This document shows, piece by piece, positions 1 to 10,869 of a DNA stretch of 64,000 nucleotides. A program made the position numbers and the translations under genes. The DNA is taken from NCBI GenBank assembly GCA_013288555.1, contig JABDBQ010000003.1:10945-74944 (forward strand), read 5' to 3'. The notes beneath the pieces are model-generated. The model saw only the letters and a program-made list of their open reading frames with translations. It ran no database searches and was not told the DNA's origin. Position 1 is the stretch's first letter. Each line of letters starts with the position of its first letter. The DNA comes from Bacteroidota bacterium (GTDB lineage Bacteria > Bacteroidota > Bacteroidia > CAILMK01).

Positions 1-75
1 ACGCGGGATTTTGTATATGCTAAAAATCATTTGCAGGGCTTTGAATTTGAATATTGAGCAATTTGTATTATTTAA

Positions 76-1455
76 TTAAAATGCATTTTTATCCAGTTTA
101 AAAAACATAAAGGCTGTTTTAAGGATGATACGCAAGTCCAACAATATGCTCCAGTTTTCCATATACCAAATATCAAATTCTACTCTTTTTTCCATTTGGT
201 TCAGCGTTTCAGTCTGACCACGGTATCCATTTACCTGTGCCCAGCCCGTAATTCCCGGTTTTAGAAACTGCCTGATCATAAATTTACTGATAAGTTTTGA
301 ATAATCGGCTGTATGTTTTAACATATGGGGCCTGGGACCAACAATGCTCATTTGTGAAAAAAGGACATTGAAAAACTGAGGCATTTCATCAAGATTTGTT
401 CTCCTTAAGAACCTCCCGACCCGGGTTACCCTGGTATCATCCTTTGTAGCCTGTTTTAAATGTGAATCAGAATTGATACACATGGTCCTGAATTTAAGAC
501 ACATGAATTCCTGGTTATTTCTACCAGATCGTTTCTGCATAAAAAACACTGGACCTTTTGAATCAAGTTTTATTATGAGAGCTATAATTGGCAATAGCCA
601 AGTGAGTATAAGCGTAATGATCAATACACTGAAAACCAGATCAAATAATCGTTTTACCGCTCTGTTTCCAAAGCTTTCCAGCGGTTCTCGCCTGAGAGAG
701 AGAACCGGAATATCACCAAAGAAATCAATATGCGTTTTTCTGTTAACAAACATATTGAAATCCGGCACAAATAAAAATCTGATAAATTTCCCCTCGCATT
801 CATTTGCAAGATCATATATATACGGATACTGCTCAGGGGATAATGTAGAGTAGATAGCCCCAATATCGAGATTAATGGAGCGATTTAATATATCTTCAAG
901 ATCGCCAATCAGCATATCATCAGGACAGTTTTCCCTGTCTGTAAAAAAACCGACAAACTCATAGCCGGAATTATTGATAAAATGATGTGATAAGCCGCGG
1001 GCATTTCTCGAATACCCCAATATGGCAACCCTTTTTTTGAGGCTTGTCTTTGTTTTCAGATAATAATTAATGAAGAGAAAAAAAGACCTGTTTATAAGCA
1101 ACACAACCACCACGCCTATAAACACATAAACAATAAATGTTCTTGAAAAAGAATCCTTTATATATAAGAAAATATATAAAAGCATCATGGTAACCAGTGC
1201 TGTATAAGCCTTTACAGTATTGGCACCAAAATCCTCAAATCTATAAATCCTGTCTTTCTGATATACATGGAAAACCCTGGTAGATATAATCCAAAAGATA
1301 TTAAATACACCAAGCAGAAAAAAATAATGTGGGTAAAACTTTAAGTGCAGATTCCATTTAACTGCCTGGAAAAGAAATAAATATACCAGGTTGATAAGCG
1401 AAATATCCAATACTAAGGCAAAATCCCTAAGAAAAGTATCTATTTTGTTTTTCAC
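76..1455 (-). CDS. Initiating polyprenyl-phosphate glycosyl-1-phosphate transferase (WbaP/WcaJ-type large PGT)
   Basis: 459-aa ORF with an N-terminal multi-TM region. C-terminal bacterial sugar-transferase motifs: KRLFDLVFS, DSKGPVFFMQKRSGRN, LDEMPQFFNVL, IVGPRP, PGITGWAQVNGYRG. Confidence 0.9.
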   Translation of the reverse strand: MKNKIDTFLRDFALVLDISLINLVYLFLFQAVKWNLHLKFYPHYFFLLGVFNIFWIISTRVFHVYQKDRIYRFEDFGANTVKAYTALVTMMLLYIFLYIKDSFSRTFIVYVFIGVVVVLLINRSFFLFINYYLKTKTSLKKRVAILGYSRNARGLSHHFINNSGYEFVGFFTDRENCPDDMLIGDLEDILNRSINLDIGAIYSTLSPEQYPYIYDLANECEGKFIRFLFVPDFNMFVNRKTHIDFFGDIPVLSLRREPLESFGNRAVKRLFDLVFSVLIITLILTWLLPIIALIIKLDSKGPVFFMQKRSGRNNQEFMCLKFRTMCINSDSHLKQATKDDTRVTRVGRFLRRTNLDEMPQFFNVLFSQMSIVGPRPHMLKHTADYSKLISKFMIRQFLKPGITGWAQVNGYRGQTETLNQMEKRVEFDIWYMENWSILLDLRIILKTAFMFFKLDKNAF

Positions 1456-1940
1456 AAACTATTAATCTTTATACATTTAGCGACATCTTCCCGGTACGCT
1501 AAACATATTTTCTTTCCTGAATTCTCTTCAATTCGTATTAAATGAAGACCTCAAATTCTGTTATTCATTTACGCTCCTTATTATCCGCATTATCAATCAG
1601 GAATAAAATGCTTTCAAATTAAAGGATACTATATAATACGATCTTACATTAATTTTGGTTTGCCCGGATGGTTCGTTTTTAAAATGCCACAAGGGAATAG
1701 CCATATTTAAGTTTCAAAATTAGCATAAAAATTATTAGTAAAGTATGCATAGCCTAATGTTTTACAACCAAATGCGTTTTTAAACCATGAAAGCCGATAC
1801 CAAATACTTCATTATTAACAAGTAATTATCTCAAATGGGCGGAGTTTAAGAATCGGTAAATTCCAAACTCAGTTTCAAATAGATTGCAAATTCAAAACCC
1901 GCTAAATTTTGTAATTTCGCGCCTCATTCATTATTAAAAA

Positions 1941-3080
1941 ATGACTAAAACAGCATTAATTACCGGTATTACTGGGCAGGATGGCGCCTATCTTGCAGAA
2001 TTGCTTCTGAAAAAAGGCTATTTTGTTCACGGCATAAAGAGAAGAAGTTCTCTATTGAATACAGATAGAATTGATCATTTATATCAGGACCCTCATGAGA
2101 AAAAGGTTAACCTAACCCTGCATTATGGTGATTTGACGGATTCGGCCAATATTATCCGCATTATCCAGGAAACCCAACCGGACGAAATTTATAATCTTGC
2201 CGCCCAAAGTCATGTCAAAGTAAGTTTTGAAACCCCTGAATATACGGCAAATGCAGACGGCATTGGCACCTTACGTGTACTTGAAGCTGTACGTATCTGC
2301 AATTTAACTGAAAAAACACGCATATACCAGGCGTCAACATCAGAACTATATGGGCTGGTGCAAGAAGTGCCTCAGTCCGAAAAAACGCCATTTTATCCGC
2401 GTTCTCCTTATGCGGTTGCCAAAATGTATGCCTATTGGATTACGGTTAACTATCGTGAAGCTTATAATATGTTCGCATGCAATGGTATCCTTTTTAATCA
2501 TGAATCACCCATACGGGGAGAGACATTTGTAACGAGGAAAATAACAAGGGCAGCAGCAAAAATAGTACTTGGTTTACAAGATAAGCTCTGGCTGGGAAAC
2601 CTTGGTGCTCAAAGAGACTGGGGGCATGCCAAAGACTATGTAGAGGCAATGTATCTGATACTTCAACAGGAAAACCCTGAGGATTATGTTATTGCAACAG
2701 GCGAAACAACTTCAATCAGGGATTTTACAAAAATGACATTCAATGAACTTGGCATACAAATAAAATTTAAAGGCGAAGGGTTAAATGAAAAAGGTATCGT
2801 TGAAAATATCGATTCTGAACAACTAAGAAAACTTGGGGTAGATGATACTAAACTAAAAGAGGGTGATGAAATAATAGCAGTTGACTCCAGGTATTTTAGA
2901 CCTACCGAAGTGGACCTGCTGATAGGGGATCCTACCAAATCAAAGGAAAAACTTGGGTGGAAGCCAAAATATAATCTTGCGAGCCTTGTGAATGAGATGG
3001 CACTTGCTGATTTAAACCTCTTTAAAAAGGAAAAATTTCTTCGTGAATCCGGTTTTACTACCTTGAATTATTTTGAATAA
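1941..3080 (+). CDS. gmd: GDP-mannose 4,6-dehydratase
   Basis: 379 aa. Rossmann motif [18 protein letters not shown], catalytic [27 protein letters not shown]; full-length Gmd architecture. Confidence 0.95.
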   Translation: MTKTALITGITGQDGAYLAELLLKKGYFVHGIKRRSSLLNTDRIDHLYQDPHEKKVNLTLHYGDLTDSANIIRIIQETQPDEIYNLAAQSHVKVSFETPEYTANADGIGTLRVLEAVRICNLTEKTRIYQASTSELYGLVQEVPQSEKTPFYPRSPYAVAKMYAYWITVNYREAYNMFACNGILFNHESPIRGETFVTRKITRAAAKIVLGLQDKLWLGNLGAQRDWGHAKDYVEAMYLILQQENPEDYVIATGETTSIRDFTKMTFNELGIQIKFKGEGLNEKGIVENIDSEQLRKLGVDDTKLKEGDEIIAVDSRYFRPTEVDLLIGDPTKSKEKLGWKPKYNLASLVNEMALADLNLFKKEKFLRESGFTTLNYFE

Positions 3081-3125
3081 TTTCCTGTTCATTAAGAAAA
3101 CTTAAGTTCGCGTATTATCAATACT

Positions 3126-4055
3126 ATGGATAAATCGTCAAAAATTTATGTGGCAGGCCACAGGGGAATGGTTGGTTCTGCAATTATCAGAAAACTCAAT
3201 GCCGAAGGATTTAACAATCTTATCGTCAGAAATTCAAACGAATTAGATCTGCGAAACCAGGAGGCAGTATCAAAATTTTTCGAATCTGAAAAACCTGAAT
3301 ATGTATTCATGGCTGCTGCAAAAGTTGGCGGAATCATGGCAAATAATATTTACAGGGCTGAATTTCTATATGATAATCTGATGATTGAAGCGAATGTGTT
3401 ACATCATAGTTATCTAAACCAGGTGAAAAAGCTGCTTTTTTTGGGATCCAGTTGCATATATCCAAAATTTGCACCGCAGCCAATGAAAGAGGAGCATTTG
3501 CTTACAGGCACGCTAGAACCTACAAATGAACCCTATGCTATCGCAAAAATTGTTGGCATAAAATTATCTGAAGCCTACCGGGATCAATACGGTTGCAATT
3601 ATATATCTGTAATGCCTACCAATCTTTATGGACCTAACGATAATTACGATCTTCAAAATTCTCACGTATTGCCGGCCATGATTCGTAAGTTTCATGAAGC
3701 AAAAACTGAAAGCAGACCATCTGTAGAATTATGGGGTAGTGGTACACCAAGACGTGAATTTCTGCATGTGGATGATCTCGCAGCTGCCAGTTATTTTCTC
3801 ATGCAAACCTATAACCAGCCGGAATTTGTAAATATAGGCGTCGGAGAAGACATTAGTATCAAAGATCTTGCATTGTTAATTAAATCATTGGTAGGATATG
3901 AAGGCGAACTACATTGGGACCACACTAAACCTGACGGCACCCCACAAAAACTACTAAATATAGACAGGCTTAAATCTTTAGGTTTTGTTCCGAAAATATC
4001 CCTCAAGGAAGGCATAGAAGCCGTATATAAAGAATACAGCAGCTCAATAAGGTAG
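3126..4055 (+). CDS. fcl: GDP-L-fucose synthase (GDP-4-keto-6-deoxymannose 3,5-epimerase/4-reductase)
   Basis: 309 aa. [18 protein letters not shown]-binding motif, YAIAKI catalytic YxxxK, directly downstream of gmd. Confidence 0.93.
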   Translation: MDKSSKIYVAGHRGMVGSAIIRKLNAEGFNNLIVRNSNELDLRNQEAVSKFFESEKPEYVFMAAAKVGGIMANNIYRAEFLYDNLMIEANVLHHSYLNQVKKLLFLGSSCIYPKFAPQPMKEEHLLTGTLEPTNEPYAIAKIVGIKLSEAYRDQYGCNYISVMPTNLYGPNDNYDLQNSHVLPAMIRKFHEAKTESRPSVELWGSGTPRREFLHVDDLAAASYFLMQTYNQPEFVNIGVGEDISIKDLALLIKSLVGYEGELHWDHTKPDGTPQKLLNIDRLKSLGFVPKISLKEGIEAVYKEYSSSIR

Positions 4056-4087
4056 ATACCAGAATTAGTTCCTCATGATTGGGCTCT

Positions 4088-4864
4088 TTACATATTAAAC
4101 CCCGGGTATTTTTTTTTAATCAGTTTAATTTTTATAAACTCTTTAAGTAGCAGGTACAAAAAAATACTGTTTGTAACTAAATATCTTTTGAAAAGCCTGC
4201 GAGGCTCCTGCATAAGTCTGAATAGCCATTCCAAACCTGATTTTTGCATCCAGTGTGGGGCTCTTTTTTGCATCCCGATTATCACTGGCAGTGCGCCACC
4301 AATGCCAATCATCATGGCATTAATGCGCCCTTTCATGGCCGCCATCCATTTTTCCTGTTTCGGACAACCCAATACTACAAATACCAAACCAGCCCCCGAA
4401 TTATTAATTTCCTCAATTATATCTTCATCTTCCCTAATAGTAGATTTCCTGAATGGGGGACTATACATCCCTGCAACTTTCAAAGAAGGATAATATCTTG
4501 ATATAAAAAGACCTGTATGACTCAAAATTTCCTGAGTTCCTCCATAAAAATATACAGATATGTTTTCTTCTTTAGCTATTTTTAAAAGTACCGGAAGCAG
4601 GTCCATACCTGCAATCCGTTCCTGGCGAATGCCATATAAAAGCTTTAATGCCCAGCATAAAGGTTTCCCATCAGGCGTTACAATATCCGCATTGTTTACA
4701 ATGTTTGCAAATGACTTGTCGAATTGAGCTTCAATCATCATATGAACATTTGCTACACAAGTGTAAGAAGATATATGTAAAGAAGCTGACCGAGAGATTT
4801 CCGATAGAAACCCGGATAATTTTCCGGAAGATATGCCAAAATTCAGGAGGTGTACTTTGTCCAT
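4088..4864 (-). CDS. WecB/TagA/CpsF-family glycosyltransferase (GT26)
   Basis: Motifs TPDGKPL, VLGCPKQEKWM, GLEWLFRLMQEPRRLFKRY. The ORF opens at 4900 but MDKVHLL at 4864 is the likelier start. Confidence 0.85.
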   Translation of the reverse strand: MDKVHLLNFGISSGKLSGFLSEISRSASLHISSYTCVANVHMMIEAQFDKSFANIVNNADIVTPDGKPLCWALKLLYGIRQERIAGMDLLPVLLKIAKEENISVYFYGGTQEILSHTGLFISRYYPSLKVAGMYSPPFRKSTIREDEDIIEEINNSGAGLVFVVLGCPKQEKWMAAMKGRINAMMIGIGGALPVIIGMQKRAPHWMQKSGLEWLFRLMQEPRRLFKRYLVTNSIFLYLLLKEFIKIKLIKKKYPGFNM

Positions 4865-4968
4865 TTGCAATAAGGATATAATAGTGCAAAAATAGTACAA
4901 AACATTGCCGGTATTAAACTCCCCCTTATAAATAACAGAAGGACTCTGCTGCGCAATATTTTTTAGTA

Positions 4969-5673
4969 TTAAACAAGTTCACTGTTGCTCATTTTGCTAA
5001 AATTATCTCTTTTTGAGCAAATTTTCAGCACCTTTTCGAGGTCATTCCATAAATTTTCATTCTCAATTTCCCATGAATGACCCCATAAATGGAATATCCC
5101 ATCGTTTTCTTCAATATTATCCAGCATTAGATTTGTCAAGGATTCCAATTTATTTTCTAATCTGTTATTCTTCAAAAAATTAAGAAAACCAATGAATCCG
5201 CTTCTCCTTATTGGATTAATTAAATAAACTAAATTTGAATGTTTATATAATTGAAGCGAAGTTGGCGCAAGATGGTGGTTTATCACTTCTGTCTGAAGTA
5301 ATTCTACAGTTCTTGCATATTTATAGCCGGCTTCTTTTACAATATTTACAGCCAGTGTTGTGTAAAGACCCTTGGGATAACAAAAGCATATCGTAGACAT
5401 ACTTAATAAATTATCCATCCATATTTTACCCTCTATAATTTCCGATTTCAAAAAATCAGAGTCGCTACTATTTAGTGATGAATGATGAATAGTATGACCT
5501 CCTATTTCAAATTTTTCTCCCAGTCTGATGATATTATCTTCATTCATTACTTCATTTTCAGGATTTGATTTGGGGATGTAAAAAGTGCCCTTTAAGCCGT
5601 AATATTCAAGTAATGAAGCGATTTTGAAATCGAGTGGATGACCATCATCCCAGCTTGTAGTAATGATTTTCAC
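4969..5673 (-). CDS. Polysaccharide deacetylase-family protein
   Basis: 234 aa. N-terminal TTSWDDGHPLD...GLKGTFYIP and HTIHH metal-site-like motifs of NodB-type deacetylases. 4-nt overlap with the upstream GT gene. Confidence 0.75.
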   Translation of the reverse strand: MKIITTSWDDGHPLDFKIASLLEYYGLKGTFYIPKSNPENEVMNEDNIIRLGEKFEIGGHTIHHSSLNSSDSDFLKSEIIEGKIWMDNLLSMSTICFCYPKGLYTTLAVNIVKEAGYKYARTVELLQTEVINHHLAPTSLQLYKHSNLVYLINPIRRSGFIGFLNFLKNNRLENKLESLTNLMLDNIEENDGIFHLWGHSWEIENENLWNDLEKVLKICSKRDNFSKMSNSELV

Positions 5674-6860
5674 GGCAGTTTTAGTTGTGATTTCTTTTGT
5701 TTGATTACATCTTCATAAATTCCTATCAAAAGTTTGTAATTTAGTTCAGGAGTATAATTATCCAGATAGGTTTGTCTTGCATTTTTATAAAAATCCTTTA
5801 GCTCATCGATATGCGTATCAAAGAATTCAATTTTTTCGGCAAGCCCTTCACTGTTGCCTGACTCAAACAGAAATCCATTGACATTATCCCTAATTAATGT
5901 AGAAAGAATCCCCTTATCAGAAGAAATAACAGGCGTTCCTGTTGAAAAAGCTTCGAGAATGGTCATGGGCATACCTTCATACCATAAAGAAGTAAATAAA
6001 AGAGCTCTCGACCTTTTCATCATGTCGATAATAAATTCTCTGCTTTGTATTCCGAGAAATTCAATATTTTCATTTTCTGATGCTGCATTTTCTACAATAT
6101 ATCGAAAAGGTCCATCTCCAATAATTTTTATTTTGAATTTATATTTGCTTTGAGCCTTCAATACTGTTTGAATTCTTTTTTCTTCAGATAAACGTCCCAC
6201 AAAAAGATAATAATCTTCCCTTTCTAATATTTCAGGCCCAGGGTCTTCTACAAAATTTACTTTCGTTATTATCTGTTCTGGTGCGAGTTGAAGTGAAGAT
6301 TCAAGAAATATCTTGCGTGCAAATTCTGATAATGCTATATAGCGGTCAACCTTATGCTTCCACGTCCCAATTATCTTATGAAAGGAAGTCATCAAACTTA
6401 CAGATGCTGTGCCAATATTTGAATTTTGAAAACACTTGTACAAAATACCATCAAATGGAACCACCTTTTTTGTGCAGAGTGTACATACCTGAACGTTCCT
6501 GAATAAAAGCCCATTGGCACAAATTAAACGATAGTTATGCAAGGTCATAACAACAGGAACGGCATACTTATGGGCAACAAAGAAAATAGACGGTGACGCT
6601 ATGTAGAAAAAATTATGTACATGAATGATGTCTGGATGAAAACTTAATATTGCATCTTCCATCTTTCTGGCAGAATTCCTGTTGTAAAAAGAATTTAAAC
6701 TTGTATAAATTTTATCAGCGAAAGAAACTATTTTTTTATTGTCAAAAATAAGAGTCTGCACATCATCGCCATTATTTATCAGCATCTTATATTCTGCATC
6801 AAAAACAGTATCCTCTCCTCCCTTTGATTGATATCTGTTATGTACCAAAAGAATCTTCAA
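5670..6860 (-). CDS. Glycosyltransferase family 4 (GT-B)
   Basis: 396 aa. MKILLVHNRYQSKGGED N-terminus; C-terminal E-x7-E region EGMPMTILEAFSTGTPVI. Confidence 0.85.
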   Translation of the reverse strand: MKILLVHNRYQSKGGEDTVFDAEYKMLINNGDDVQTLIFDNKKIVSFADKIYTSLNSFYNRNSARKMEDAILSFHPDIIHVHNFFYIASPSIFFVAHKYAVPVVMTLHNYRLICANGLLFRNVQVCTLCTKKVVPFDGILYKCFQNSNIGTASVSLMTSFHKIIGTWKHKVDRYIALSEFARKIFLESSLQLAPEQIITKVNFVEDPGPEILEREDYYLFVGRLSEEKRIQTVLKAQSKYKFKIKIIGDGPFRYIVENAASENENIEFLGIQSREFIIDMMKRSRALLFTSLWYEGMPMTILEAFSTGTPVISSDKGILSTLIRDNVNGFLFESGNSEGLAEKIEFFDTHIDELKDFYKNARQTYLDNYTPELNYKLLIGIYEDVIKQKKSQLKLP

Positions 6861-7416
6861 AATGTAATGTGTTTACTATGATTAATTGAGTTTCAATTTA
6901 TGATTGGTCTGATTAATGAAACCTACTGACAATACATATGCATTTTTGTTCATCAAAGCAAACATGTTCTAATTCCGGCATCTTTTTCATTTCTGCACCT
7001 TTCTCTTATCTGTAAAATCTGAATCATGATATCAAAGTTGTATCCCTATGTATATACATAATAAATAACATCTCAAGTTTCTGTAGGAAAGAATATTATG
7101 AATTTTTGCTTTAGAAAAATCAAACCAATAAGATTAGTACCTTATTAACCGTATTTTAAAGCAATACCTGAAGAGAATCTTTCAATCCTCAAACCGTTGA
7201 ATAATAATTTGCCCTCCCTGCAATCACTCAATTGTGTACCAAAGATAACAATATTATTGAAAGCAAATATCAAATTTCTCTTCCGGAAAGATAGAATAGC
7301 TTCCATAAGCTTTGCTTTACCATAATCGGAACATCATTCACATGTAAAATTTAATTAAGTTACTATGGCTGTAATTGATTAATTAAAAACAATCCGGATC
7401 CATAAATATCTGAATT

Positions 7417-8661
7417 TTATAGATTAACCTTTTTTGAGCTCATAAACTCTTCAATTTCATTATACACATTTGCCACAACTTTCTCCCATGTATATTCAGA
7501 TGCCCGGATAACTGCCCCTTCTTTCAATTTTTTCAAAGTTTCAGGGGTTTGCTGCAATTCAATAAGCGTATCTGCAATTGCGCTGACTACATCTTGCTCC
7601 GATTTATTCTCCGCATCTATAACCCTTCCACATTCGTTATTAACAATCTGTCCGGGGCCCCCATAGTCAAGACAGATAACAGGCAAACCATTTGCCAAAG
7701 ATTCCAGAACAACCATGCCTCCTGAATCTCTGAAACTTGGAAACAGCATCAAATCGTAATTACGGTATATTTCCAATATTTTGTCCTGGGGCATCCAGCT
7801 TATGCATTTAATATCATTTGAATAACCTGGTATCGTTTCAATATTTTTTAAATCGCCGGCCTTACCTATCAATGTGAGCTGAGCCTGAATTTTACCTGAA
7901 ATATGATTAAATGCTTTAATCACGAGATGAATTCCTTTCCAATAATTAAACATACCAACGAATAAAATTTGAAATGAACCTTGTGTCTGTTTTATTGCTG
8001 CAAGATTATTGGTTAAAGAAGTCCCGATTGCTAAATTTAAACGCGTTTTTGGTAATTGCTTTTTGGGGAGGAAGGATAATGTCTGCGGTGAATTGCAAAA
8101 GATTAAATCAGAATTCCGAAACATCCAGCAACGTACGGGGTCAAAAACAAGTAAATTATTCTGCAGATAATGAAGCAGTTCTTTCAATCTGATTCGAAAC
8201 GGGAATGAATTAAGAAATCTTATTGGAACCAGGTCTCCTCCAGCGCAGGGTCCATAAAAAAAAGATACGTTTTTTAATAAAAATAAAAAACTTGGCAAGT
8301 GTATCGTAACAAATGTTATGTGATGAACAAAGTCAAATTTGTACTTTTTATTGGCTCTTGAAGCTATTCCAACAATCCCTATTTGCCAAAGCAGGTAATA
8401 AAGGTGAACACCCCTGTTTCCTTTTTTCCAGAATGATATCCATTTTGGCACATCATAATATATGAAATGGAGGTTATCAGGTTTTTTAACTTGTTCAAAA
8501 TAGCTTTCAATTTCGGTGCTATTGCTCCGGCGGGTTAATACCCAAACATTGTGCCCCCTGTTTGAAATTTCCAAGGCCCAGTGCCATCCCACACCTTGTT
8601 CTGAGCCCCGGTTTGGTTCGCATGCATATGCCGATAAAAGTATGTTATATTTTTTCGGCAT
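7417..8661 (-). CDS. Glycosyltransferase family 4-like (GT-B)
   Basis: 414 aa. SAYACEPNRGSEQGVGWHWA N-terminus; DSGGMVVLESLANGLPVICLDYGGPG donor-binding region. Confidence 0.75.
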   Translation of the reverse strand: MPKKYNILLSAYACEPNRGSEQGVGWHWALEISNRGHNVWVLTRRSNSTEIESYFEQVKKPDNLHFIYYDVPKWISFWKKGNRGVHLYYLLWQIGIVGIASRANKKYKFDFVHHITFVTIHLPSFLFLLKNVSFFYGPCAGGDLVPIRFLNSFPFRIRLKELLHYLQNNLLVFDPVRCWMFRNSDLIFCNSPQTLSFLPKKQLPKTRLNLAIGTSLTNNLAAIKQTQGSFQILFVGMFNYWKGIHLVIKAFNHISGKIQAQLTLIGKAGDLKNIETIPGYSNDIKCISWMPQDKILEIYRNYDLMLFPSFRDSGGMVVLESLANGLPVICLDYGGPGQIVNNECGRVIDAENKSEQDVVSAIADTLIELQQTPETLKKLKEGAVIRASEYTWEKVVANVYNEIEEFMSSKKVNL

Positions 8662-9559
8662 GAGATCTGAGCAATTTATATGACGAAGCTAAATTATCCT
8701 GCTTTTCAGTTTCTATTTTAAACTTAATTTCTGCAAAGGCAAGAAGATAAGGCTGCCAATCTTCAATATTAAAACGGGAAAAATAATTTCTGATACCAGA
8801 TTCATTCATTTTTAAAAGTTGATCAATGCTTTTTTGGTTACTTATTAAAAAGGAGGTTTGAAAAATATATGTAAACAAATCAAATCCTAAAGGATATTCA
8901 CCAGCCATTTCCCAATCATAAATAAGAATTTTGCCCGCGATATCTTTCATCATATTCCACGGACAGAAATCACCGTGCGCAAAACCGACCTGTAAACCCG
9001 TCCCAAATTTTATTATTGATTCAACATTAATATGGCCCAATTTTTCCAATACGGTAATCAATTGTTGATCTTCGAGTTGGATTAAAAACCGGTCGCCCTT
9101 CAAAATAGTTGTCTTAATAAAGGCATATTCTGAGGTAAACTTATATAAAAGTAGATGTGGCACAAAATCGAGATCTTTTAGCTGAGAAAGAATATTGGCT
9201 TCGTTACTGACATTTTTTCGGGCAACTGGAGTTTCACCGTACTTGATAAAAAATTCGCCTCCGGTTGTTGGATTTATACCCAGAATTGTAGTTTTCTGTT
9301 CCACGCCTCGGGAACCTAAATTATAGGCCAAAAGGTCATCAGCAGAAACGAAATTGCGTATACACTTTTCAGGTAAAATATTTCCCGGCTGCTGCTCAAC
9401 AAAATAACGCCTGATTATCCCAATATTTCGCCAGATATACCACAATATCCTTGCACTAAATTTATAAGGATGATAAAATGATTTAAACAAGGGAAATTTT
9501 TCAAAACCCTCCGGAAACCAGTATTGTTTACTAATCGGGTTAAAGTAGTAATAACGCAT
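8645..9559 (-). CDS. Aminoglycoside/choline-kinase-fold phosphotransferase-like protein
   Basis: 304 aa. Catalytic-loop-like FAHGDFCPWNM followed by ILIYDWEMAG (APH/ChoK Brenner plus metal-binding pattern). 17-nt overlap with the downstream GT. Confidence 0.6.
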   Translation of the reverse strand: MRYYYFNPISKQYWFPEGFEKFPLFKSFYHPYKFSARILWYIWRNIGIIRRYFVEQQPGNILPEKCIRNFVSADDLLAYNLGSRGVEQKTTILGINPTTGGEFFIKYGETPVARKNVSNEANILSQLKDLDFVPHLLLYKFTSEYAFIKTTILKGDRFLIQLEDQQLITVLEKLGHINVESIIKFGTGLQVGFAHGDFCPWNMMKDIAGKILIYDWEMAGEYPLGFDLFTYIFQTSFLISNQKSIDQLLKMNESGIRNYFSRFNIEDWQPYLLAFAEIKFKIETEKQDNLASSYKLLRSHAEKI

Positions 9560-10851
9560 TAATTAATAATTTTAGTAACAGATTTAATGCGTTCTTTCAT
9601 ATGATCTATAATTGCCTTTTCGGTATCATATACAACTTTTTCAGGTGCTTGATCTGCATTGATTAGATATGCATTTTTCAAACTTGAACACAAATTTCTA
9701 TATGCAAGCAGCTGTCTTTCCGTCTCATCCCTGGAAACTTCCGATTTTCTATTTTGAATCACTTCAGCAGGCGCTTCTAAAAATATCCACATATCAGGTT
9801 TTGGAATAAATAACCCGGCTATTTTCAACCATAGGATACCGGATGCATATCTGTAACGCAATGGATCTGCGTATATATCCTGAAAATATCGATCAAAAAC
9901 AACAAAAGTACTTCTCAGTTTTAGAGGAAATATTTTAGTAATAAATCCCAGCAAATATAAACCGACAAAATAGCAAAGTTTTGCAATTGAGCCAAATGTG
10001 CCCCTGGGTTTCTGATCATGAGGGTTCGACACCGGAACTGAATGATCAGAATCTTTTGGGAACAGATGAAACTGCCTGATTTGCCTGAAGGCTCCTCCAA
10101 GATCAGTTTTTACCTGATTAATTACAGTTGTTTTCCCGGCGCCATCCGGCCCCATAAATGCTATCACCAAACCCGTAGGGTATAATATTCGTTTAAAACG
10201 GTTTGATACCCGGGAAACGATATCAAAAGTGTTGTAATTAATATGTTTATGTAAGGATATCTTCAAGTCGTGGAGATGCTGATCCAAAACCTGCAATTGT
10301 TCAGATTCAAAAGCGTTAACAATTTGTGTTTGGCTAAGGGAATCAAAATATTCCTTTAATACTGAAAAGCAACCTGAAGAATCCAGTTTCCATTGTTTTA
10401 ACAAATGGTTGAATTGCACATCGTTTATGAAACCTTTATCAATCTTTTTTATCAGATAATATATAAATTCCTTATCAGGATACAGGATGTAAAAACCCTT
10501 CGCATCCAATATTCTGTTTTGAAGTAGAAACGAAGCTGATAAGAAAAAACTCCCATGGCGGTAATAATCAGAACATACATCAGGTATTAACATTTGATGC
10601 TTTGTACCGTTAGAAAGCATTAAAATACAATATCGGGCTGTAGTTTCATGCGCAAGTACCTGGATCAGGGTCAATCCTTTTTTCTCCAATGATTTTATAA
10701 ATATCCAGAAATCAGAAAATTGATTCTTTTGAATGATGATATCAATATCGCTATCAATATTCAATGGATATTCTTCCGTTCTACCCACTATTGCATAGCA
10801 TATTCGAGAATGATTCAGTTCTGAGAAAAAAAGTTCAAAAATATTATCCAT
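9559..10851 (-). CDS. Fusion protein: N-terminal minimal nucleotidyltransferase-like domain plus C-terminal P-loop (thymidylate/NMP-kinase-like) domain
   Basis: 430 aa. IVGRTEEYPLNIDSDIDIII (pol-beta NTase-type G..DxD pattern) near the N-terminus; Walker A FMGPDGAGKTT and VVFDRY in the C-terminal half. Stop overlaps the next start (TAATG). Confidence 0.5.
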   Translation of the reverse strand: MDNIFELFFSELNHSRICYAIVGRTEEYPLNIDSDIDIIIQKNQFSDFWIFIKSLEKKGLTLIQVLAHETTARYCILMLSNGTKHQMLIPDVCSDYYRHGSFFLSASFLLQNRILDAKGFYILYPDKEFIYYLIKKIDKGFINDVQFNHLLKQWKLDSSGCFSVLKEYFDSLSQTQIVNAFESEQLQVLDQHLHDLKISLHKHINYNTFDIVSRVSNRFKRILYPTGLVIAFMGPDGAGKTTVINQVKTDLGGAFRQIRQFHLFPKDSDHSVPVSNPHDQKPRGTFGSIAKLCYFVGLYLLGFITKIFPLKLRSTFVVFDRYFQDIYADPLRYRYASGILWLKIAGLFIPKPDMWIFLEAPAEVIQNRKSEVSRDETERQLLAYRNLCSSLKNAYLINADQAPEKVVYDTEKAIIDHMKERIKSVTKIIN

Positions 10852-10869
10852 TCGTAAATATAAGGCTAA

